From an uncultured Bacilli bacterium (lineage in GTDB: Bacteria; Bacillota_I; Bacilli_A; RF39; UBA660), in the NCBI GenBank assembly GCA_947629815.1, contig CANRFG010000004.1, forward strand, positions 266-64,265: a stretch of 64,000 bases of DNA. Direction: 5' to 3'. Position numbers and translations under genes: made by a program. Positions within the stretch are counted from its first letter, which is position 1; every line of letters begins with the position of its first letter. Of this stretch, positions 1-5,938 are shown piece by piece. The notes under the pieces are model-generated. The model saw nothing but the letters and a program-made list of their open reading frames with translations, did not search any database and had not been told where the DNA came from.

Positions 1-99
1 AGAAATTCTACTATATTTTGGTCAAATAGATTAAAATTTTCTGTTTTTATGCTATAATATTTAACGAAACAAATATTAATTAGAAAGTTGGGCAATATT

Positions 100-1179
100 A
101 TGAAAATCAATTGTGATGGTATTGTGCATAATCCGCTTGGAGGGGCTTCGTATATGTTTGAAAAAGAAATAATACCATATATTTTAAAACAATATACAAA
201 AAATATAATTAAAATTAGTGTTGGTGCACAGCCTAATTCTTCACCACATTTTGGTACTTTAGAAACAATAGCACTATCTTTTGGACTGGCATCAAATATT
301 ATGAAATATGATAAAAACAAGAAAGTTATAATTTTATACGAAGTAATTGATTCAGCTCCAAGTGAAACATCAATAATTAATGAAATAAAATATCAAAAAA
401 GTCTAAAATATACGGGAAAAATAAATGAATTTTTCAATGAATATTTAGAAATTTTAAATTATTATAAGAATTTAACCGGTATTGATTATGAAATAAGGTA
501 TCAGAAAGAATTTAATAGCCAACCTGAAATATCTAACATTATTAAAAAGATTATTGAAAATAAAGAATATATCAGTTCAAGACTTGATCCAAAATATAAT
601 AAAATCAGAATTAGAATGTCTTGCCCAAAATGTGGATTAACTGATAAGAATAGTATTTTAAACAAATATGAAAATAACAAAATAATATTTAATTGTCCTA
701 TACATGGCGAGTATTATGCAGATTTAAACAAAGATACATCAATGTTAGAATACAATTCGCCATATAGAAATTTAATTAGATGCATTTATTATACTTTAGT
801 TAATAATAATTCTAATTACGATTATCAAATTATTAGAGTTACGGGAAGTGACTATGCAGGATTTTATCAAGAAGAAATGAGATATAAACTTGCTTCTTAT
901 TTAGGTTATCCAGCACATACGTTATCAATGATATTTTATGCTCCACTTATATTAGATTGGTCTGGTGCTAAAATGTCTAAATCGTTATATGTTAAAGAAG
1001 GTGCTTATTCAGATATTCCTACTGCATTTATTAATTATAAATATTTAAAACAGGAATATGGATTAAATGGTTTAAAAAAATTATATGATATTGTTTCTAA
1101 TTGGTTTGAAAATCCTTATATGCTTTTTAGGCATTATACAATTTATTATTTTATTAAGGAGTTTGAAGAAAATGAATAA
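100..1179 (+). CDS. Class I aminoacyl-tRNA synthetase catalytic-domain paralog (LysRS-I/GluRS-like Rossmann core) lacking an anticodon-binding domain
   Basis: N-terminal HIGH-like signature PNSSPHFGTLETIALSFG and C-terminal SGAKMSKSLYV (KMSKS). CxxC...CxxH knuckle (CPKCG...CPIHG) as in class I CP insertions. Only ~60 aa follow KMSKS. TTG at 88 is an alternative start; ATG at 100 preceded by GGG. Confidence 0.55.
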   Translation: MKINCDGIVHNPLGGASYMFEKEIIPYILKQYTKNIIKISVGAQPNSSPHFGTLETIALSFGLASNIMKYDKNKKVIILYEVIDSAPSETSIINEIKYQKSLKYTGKINEFFNEYLEILNYYKNLTGIDYEIRYQKEFNSQPEISNIIKKIIENKEYISSRLDPKYNKIRIRMSCPKCGLTDKNSILNKYENNKIIFNCPIHGEYYADLNKDTSMLEYNSPYRNLIRCIYYTLVNNNSNYDYQIIRVTGSDYAGFYQEEMRYKLASYLGYPAHTLSMIFYAPLILDWSGAKMSKSLYVKEGAYSDIPTAFINYKYLKQEYGLNGLKKLYDIVSNWFENPYMLFRHYTIYYFIKEFEENE

Positions 1180-1588
1180 TGCAATTTTTGTCAGTATTAA
1201 TCCTATAGCAGCAGATAAAATTGAAAAAGGAATAAAGACATATGAATTTAGAAATTATATTTCCAAAAAAGAGTTTAATAAACTTTATGTATATGTTACT
1301 ACTCCCATTTGTGAATTAAAATATATAATGGAGATAACCGATATAATTAGCACTCCTCAAAAAATAGAAATTGAAGGAGATGGCAATAAACTTTTTAATG
1401 AAGGAAAAAAATCAAAATACGCATATAAAATTGATAAAGTTTATAAGCTAACTCATCCTATAAAACTATCTACTTTAAGAGAGAAATTTTATTTCACTCC
1501 ACCACAAAGTTATGCATATGAAACAAGATATCAAGAACTATCTGTTTTTTTGGAAAGAAGTGACAAGAAATTAATATGGAAAAGATAA
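1172..1588 (+). CDS. ASCH-domain protein (PUA-like beta-barrel)
   Basis: GxKxxExR ASCH signature (EKGIKTYEFR). ATG at 1172 with AAGGAG RBS. ORF-track start at 1085 lies inside the upstream gene and is not supported. Confidence 0.6.
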   Translation: MNNAIFVSINPIAADKIEKGIKTYEFRNYISKKEFNKLYVYVTTPICELKYIMEITDIISTPQKIEIEGDGNKLFNEGKKSKYAYKIDKVYKLTHPIKLSTLREKFYFTPPQSYAYETRYQELSVFLERSDKKLIWKR

Positions 1589-2277
1589 TAAATTTAGATA
1601 TAAATGATCAAGCATTTAAAGCCATAAAAAATGGTATCAAAAAAGTAGAAATAAGAGTTACTACTAATAAAAAAAAGAAAGATTATGGTAATATTAATTC
1701 AGGAGATATAATTATTTTTTCAAATTCTAAAAATGAAAGATTAAGATGTAAAGTAATAGAAAACATATGGTATAAAAATGAAAAGGAATTATTAATGGTT
1801 GAAGGGACAAAATATACCTTATCATCTACAAATGATTTCCAAATAGGTGTCAAATCAATTAATTCGTTTAAAAATTATACTCAGGGAATAAAAGAAAACG
1901 GCATATATGCAATTCACATTAAATGTATAGAAGTTAATAATTTTGATATGAAGTTAAAAAAAGAATATTATAATTCTGTCATCAATGGAACTAAAAGAAT
2001 AGAATTAAGATTAAATGACGAAAAAAGGCAAAAAATAAAAATAAATGATACAATAACATTTCATTTATTTGATGATTATAATAAATTTTTTACAGTTAAA
2101 GTTGTTGGATTGTCTTACTATAAATCAATACGAGATTTAATAAATGATTATAAAATAGAAAATTTAATTTCCAATAATATTACATCAGAAGAATTAATTA
2201 ATATTTTTAATAGTATTTATAAATTAGAAGATCAAGAAAAGTATGGTATTTTAGGTATCAGTTTCGTTATTATTTAA
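1576..2277 (+). CDS. Tandem double ASCH-domain protein
   Basis: Two GxKxxExR motifs (NGIKKVEIR and NGTKRIELR). Start overlaps upstream gene by 13 nt, suggesting coupling. Confidence 0.6.
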   Translation: MEKIINLDINDQAFKAIKNGIKKVEIRVTTNKKKKDYGNINSGDIIIFSNSKNERLRCKVIENIWYKNEKELLMVEGTKYTLSSTNDFQIGVKSINSFKNYTQGIKENGIYAIHIKCIEVNNFDMKLKKEYYNSVINGTKRIELRLNDEKRQKIKINDTITFHLFDDYNKFFTVKVVGLSYYKSIRDLINDYKIENLISNNITSEELINIFNSIYKLEDQEKYGILGISFVII

Positions 2278-2434
2278 TTTTAAGACAAATTTGTTTTAAT
2301 AATTTATATGAATAAATTTACTAAATGTAAAATATGTAACATAATTATATTAGTTGGTAGTTATTACTACTTGATTATTGGCATAAGAAAAGTTATTCGA
2401 CTTCTTCTCTATATACTCCAATTTTGTTTATAAC

Positions 2435-2463
2435 TTGCACAAACATTAATTTTATGGTATTAT
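2435..2463 (+). promoter_or_regulatory. sigma-A-like promoter, unit 1 (TTGCAC-17nt-TGg-TATTAT)
   Basis: Near-consensus -35, 17-nt spacer, extended -10. Same architecture conserved in unit 2. Confidence 0.45.
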
Positions 2464-2469
2464 GTATTT

Positions 2470-2584
2470 GGCAAGAGAAATTGCATAAAATAAAAAGGGA
2501 ACGTTCAGTTTTTGCGAGTTGAATGTCTACCCAAAAAATTAGTTCGACATTTAATTCTTATGAATTAAGTGTCATTTCTTTATT
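2470..2584 (+). ncRNA. Candidate ~110-nt sRNA (putative type I antitoxin RNA), copy 1
   Basis: Bounded by the promoter at 2435-2463 and the intrinsic terminator at 2546-2584. No conserved ORF. Internal hairpin gggaacgttca/tgaatgtctaccc. Confidence 0.4.
2546..2584. terminator. Bidirectional intrinsic terminator shared by convergent sRNA and peptide ORF (copy 1)
   Basis: Stem gacatttaattc/gaattaagtgtc with loop ttatg. T-run follows on the + strand and an A-run precedes it (T-run on the - strand). Confidence 0.5.
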
Positions 2585-2664
2585 ACTACTATCATAATGA
2601 TAAGGAGAAATAAAATGATAGTAATGAACTTTAGAACTTTTATTGTAAAAGTCTTAGTTTTCAC
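2572..2664 (-). CDS. 30-aa hydrophobic KK-terminated peptide, type I toxin-like (MKTKTFTIKVLKFITIILFLLIIMIVVIKK)
   Basis: GTG start 8 nt downstream of GAGGAGG, which lies in the perfectly conserved block. Stop abuts the terminator. Paralog in unit 2 has identical length and conservative or synonymous substitutions only. Confidence 0.5.
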   Translation of the reverse strand: MKTKTFTIKVLKFITIILFLLIIMIVVIKK

Positions 2665-2895
2665 TATATCAAACCTCCTCTCTGTAAGAGATTTGGTAGA
2701 CACTCAACAACTGATATTCCCTATATGAATTATATATCGTATATAATTATAAAACAAGCGAACAGACTACAAAATGAAATAAAATTTTTAAAAATATTCT
2801 ATAATTATATTAGTTAGTAGCTATTACTACTTGACTTATTGGTATAAGATTAGTCATTTGACTTTTTCTCTATATATTTTAATTTTGTTTATAAT

Positions 2896-2924
2896 TTGCA
2901 TAAATACTAATTTTATGATATTAT
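2896..2924 (+). promoter_or_regulatory. sigma-A-like promoter, unit 2 (TTGCAT-17nt-TGa-TATTAT)
   Basis: Positional homolog of the 2435-2463 promoter. Confidence 0.45.
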
Positions 2925-2930
2925 GAATAT

Positions 2931-3044
2931 GTCAAGGAAACTTGAATAAAATAAAAAGGGAACATTCAGTTTTTGCAAGTTGAATGTCTACCCAAAATAA
3001 ATTTGTTTAGGCACTTATTCTAGCGAATGAGTGTCATTTTTTTA
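2931..3044 (+). ncRNA. Candidate ~110-nt sRNA (putative type I antitoxin RNA), copy 2
   Basis: Promoter at 2896-2924, terminator at 3012-3044. Homologous to copy 1 with compensatory stem changes. Confidence 0.4.
3012..3044. terminator. Bidirectional intrinsic terminator (copy 2)
   Basis: Stem cacttattc/gaatgagtg (includes one G-U pair), loop tagc, T7 run. Stem sequence differs from copy 1 but pairing is preserved. Confidence 0.5.
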
Positions 3045-3126
3045 TTACTATAACCATTATGATTAGGAGTAGTAAAATGATAGAAATAAGCCTTAGAATT
3101 TTTATAATAAAAATCCTTTTCTTCAT
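3034..3126 (-). CDS. 30-aa hydrophobic KK-terminated peptide, type I toxin-like (MKKRIFIIKILRLISIILLLLIIMVIVIKK)
   Basis: ATG start 8 nt after GAGGAGG. 93 nt with no indels relative to copy 1. 16 differing codons, of which 4 are synonymous and most of the rest conservative. Confidence 0.5.
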   Translation of the reverse strand: MKKRIFIIKILRLISIILLLLIIMVIVIKK

Positions 3127-3380
3127 TTATATCAAACCTCCTCTCTGTAAGAGATTTGGTAGACACTCAACAACTGATATTCCCTATACAAATTATATAT
3201 TATATATAATTATAAAACAAGCGAACAACTATAAAAATATAACAAAATTATTAATTAAATATAGATTAGTTATATAATTTTTTATTTTTAACTACAATTT
3301 ATTTATACAAATTATTGAATATTATTAGGTCTTTTTTTTTGTAAAAAAAAATTGTATAATTATCTATATGGAGGTAAATT

Positions 3381-4637
3381 ATGGTTAGAGGAGTAAAATT
3401 ACCTAAATTTAAATCAATTTCAAAAAATAAAAGAATAGGTTTTTATAATAAACCAAACTTTGTTTATATACCATTAATAAGTGGAAATGATGAAGACATT
3501 ACTATAACAGTAAAAAAAGGTGACTATGTTTATAAAGGTAGTGTAATTGGAAGAAGAAAAGGAAACTTCAAAATACCTATAAATTCAAGTATAAGTGGAA
3601 CAGTAATAGACTATGTTCAAAAAACTTATTCAAATGGAAAAAAAGTAAAATGTGTAGTAATAGAAAATGATTTCAAAGAAAAAGAAGAAATAAAAAAAGT
3701 AGTAAACAAAAAAATAAATGAATATACAAAAGAAGAATTTATAAAAACAATAAAAGATTGTGGAGTAGTAGGAATGGGTAGTGGTTATCCAACTTACTTA
3801 AAATACGAAACAGAAAATAAAATAAATACTTTAATAATTAATTGTACAGAATGCAGTTCATATGTAACAAGCGATTATGTTTTATTAGTAGAGAGATGTG
3901 AAGAAATACTAGAAACAATTGATGCAATGCTTGAAATAAACGAAATAGATAAAGCACTAATAGCAGTTAGAAAAAATGATTTAGAACTTTTAAACATTTT
4001 AAATTCATTCATAGGAACATATTTAAAAATCAAAATTGTAACAGTTCCTGATATATATCCAATAGGTTGGGAAAGAAATTTGGTAAAATATATTTTAGGA
4101 ATTAACTATAATGAAATGCCTATTGAAAAAGGAGTAGTTGTAAACAATGTTTCAACAATATATGCAATATATGAATCATTAAAATATAATAAACCTTTAT
4201 GCGAAAGAATAATAACATTTACAGGAGATGGAATAAAAAAACCACAAAATGTTTATGTAAAAATAGGAACTCCATTAATAGAAATAGTAAATAAAATAGG
4301 AAAGACAACAAGTAATATAAATATGATTGTTGGAGAACCAATGATGGGAAAATATATAGAAGACATAGAAGATGTTATCGCAACAACGGATACATCATGT
4401 GTAATTATTTTAAAAGAATTACAACAAAATAAAGAAACAGAATGTATAAGATGTGGACAATGTACAAAAAATTGCCCTGTGAAAATATCACCTGTTCTTA
4501 TAAAAGATAATCAAAACAATAAAGAAAAACTAAAACAATTAAATATTGATAAATGTATTCACTGTGGACTTTGTTCATATATATGCCCTGCAAAAATAGA
4601 TTTAAGAAGTATTATAGAAAAGGTGGGTGATAAATAA
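3381..4637 (+). CDS. rnfC: Electron transport complex subunit RnfC
   Basis: N-terminal RnfC_N barrel-sandwich. GMGSGYPT matches the RnfC GGAGFPT motif. Two C-terminal 4Fe-4S motifs (CIRCGQCTKNCP and CIHCGLCSYICP). Confidence 0.8.
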   Translation: MVRGVKLPKFKSISKNKRIGFYNKPNFVYIPLISGNDEDITITVKKGDYVYKGSVIGRRKGNFKIPINSSISGTVIDYVQKTYSNGKKVKCVVIENDFKEKEEIKKVVNKKINEYTKEEFIKTIKDCGVVGMGSGYPTYLKYETENKINTLIINCTECSSYVTSDYVLLVERCEEILETIDAMLEINEIDKALIAVRKNDLELLNILNSFIGTYLKIKIVTVPDIYPIGWERNLVKYILGINYNEMPIEKGVVVNNVSTIYAIYESLKYNKPLCERIITFTGDGIKKPQNVYVKIGTPLIEIVNKIGKTTSNINMIVGEPMMGKYIEDIEDVIATTDTSCVIILKELQQNKETECIRCGQCTKNCPVKISPVLIKDNQNNKEKLKQLNIDKCIHCGLCSYICPAKIDLRSIIEKVGDK

Positions 4638-5629
4638 TGAATACAAATGGACCTTTCATACACACTGAAAACACTTCCTTTAAAATAATGAAAAACATTT
4701 CCATTGCGCTTATACCAATAATAATATTTGCTATATATAAAAATGGATTAGTATTATTATTTAAAGGACAAACAGATTTTTTAAATAGTTTGTATCCATT
4801 GTTTATAATAATTATATGTGGACTATCTACATTTGTATTTGACACTTTATATACAATTGTTTTCCATAAAGAAAATGTAGATATAAAAGAATACATAAAA
4901 AATTCATTTTCATTTTTGCCAGGTATTATATTAAGTTTAGTTATTCCAATGAATACACCTATACTTGTAATAGTATTATCGTGTTTTATTTCAACAATCT
5001 TAGAAAAAATATTATTTGGAATTTCAAATAAACATATATTTAATACAGTCGCACTTTCATTCATTATAATATCCATATTTTCCCTTATAAATGGTGGATA
5101 TAGTTATTTAAATAAATTTGAAAGTACAAAATATAATAATGCACCACTTCAAAGTGAAATCCAGTCAAACTATGACTATGAAACAGTAGTAAAACCATAT
5201 GGAGATTTAAAACAATATTTTGTTGGAAATGTTCCAGGAGGAATTGGAGAAGTAAGCATATTATTTTGTATTATAAGTTTTATTTATCTTGCAATAAAAA
5301 AAGCAATTAAATATTTAATACCAATTTCCACTTTAATAACACTTTTAATTGGATTTTCAATTATAGGAATATTAAATAATTTTGATATATATTTTGTAAT
5401 ATTTAATCTATTTATAGGGTCAATTATATTTTCATTAATATTTATAAGTTCATCAACATACACAAGCCCTGTTACAAATTTAGGACAAGTAGTGTATGGA
5501 ATATTAATAGCGTTATTTACACTTATATTTAGATTTATACTACCATTTGCAGATATATTTTTATCTACGATTATTGCAAATCTATTAGTACCAATTATAG
5601 ATAATATTTGCGTAAAATTTGAAAAATAA
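4637..5629 (+). CDS. rnfD: Electron transport complex subunit RnfD (NqrB/RnfD family)
   Basis: Polytopic membrane protein. Four motifs align with E. coli RsxD: GPFIHTENTS-KIM vs SSPYTHNQRQTSRIM; KKAIKYLIPISTLITL vs QKAIRWHIPLSFLVTL; TSPVT vs TDPVT at the FMN-attachment site; ANLLVPIID vs ANITVPLID. Confidence 0.8.
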   Translation: MNTNGPFIHTENTSFKIMKNISIALIPIIIFAIYKNGLVLLFKGQTDFLNSLYPLFIIIICGLSTFVFDTLYTIVFHKENVDIKEYIKNSFSFLPGIILSLVIPMNTPILVIVLSCFISTILEKILFGISNKHIFNTVALSFIIISIFSLINGGYSYLNKFESTKYNNAPLQSEIQSNYDYETVVKPYGDLKQYFVGNVPGGIGEVSILFCIISFIYLAIKKAIKYLIPISTLITLLIGFSIIGILNNFDIYFVIFNLFIGSIIFSLIFISSSTYTSPVTNLGQVVYGILIALFTLIFRFILPFADIFLSTIIANLLVPIIDNICVKFEK

Positions 5630-5636
5630 AAACAAG

Positions 5637-5819
5637 TTAAGCGTTAGCTTTACTTGTTTTCTTTAATTCTCTTAATTCCCTTGCAGAAATCCTTACTGAT
5701 TTACCATTATCTAAAGTGATTTTTTGTAAATTTGGTTTTTGAGCATGTTTTGTAGCGTTACAAGCATGACTTCTTCTATTTCCGGACAAAGGTTTTTTAC
5801 ATGTTACTTTTTTAGCCAT
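5637..5819 (-). CDS. rpmB: 50S ribosomal protein L28
   Basis: MAKKVTCKKPLSGNRRSHA..NLQKITL matches L28. Strong AAGGAGGG RBS. Confidence 0.9.
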   Translation of the reverse strand: MAKKVTCKKPLSGNRRSHACNATKHAQKPNLQKITLDNGKSVRISARELRELKKTSKANA

Positions 5820-5938
5820 AAATGTCCCTCCTTATAAAATCTCTATGCCATATAACTTTATCACATTATTTTTAATAAGTCAAATATAATATTTTAAAAA
5901 ATAAAAAATATGGTAAAATTATAACTAGAGGTGATTAT

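Larger units (their letters stand above)
2341..3245. repeat. Tandem duplication of a ~460-bp non-protein-conserved module (unit 1 2341-2795, unit 2 2801-3245)
   Basis: Direct nucleotide alignment of the two units. Blocks of near or complete identity: 49-nt block aaaataaaaagggaac..ctaccc; 59-nt identical block 2668-2726 = 3131-3188. Divergent segments lie between them. Confidence 0.85.

Noticed and set aside
1085-1171. Upstream extension of the ASCH gene (ORF-track start 1085)
   Set aside because: It overlaps the 3' end of the aaRS-like gene in another frame and is hydrophobic junk. ATG 1172 has an AAGGAG RBS.
2341-3245. Possibility that the tandem units are an IS element or a riboswitch leader for rnfC
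   Set aside because: No transposase and no terminal inverted repeats. No match to T-box or other riboswitch cores that I can recognise. Each unit carries its own promoter and terminator.
3059-3277. + strand 72-aa ORF inside the second repeat unit, and the analogous 38-aa + strand ORF at 2615-2728
   Set aside because: The two copies read the 100% identical 59-nt block in different frames and have unrelated C-termini and lengths. So there is no consistent coding constraint on the + strand. Both lie downstream of the + strand terminator.
4612-5076. Minus-strand ORF overlapping rnfC/rnfD junction, and similar antisense ORFs (13258-13857, 16266-16502, 17172-17441, 48594-48944, 49037-49781)
   Set aside because: All lie fully inside well-supported genes on the opposite strand. 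They are AT-rich low-complexity translations with no RBS.
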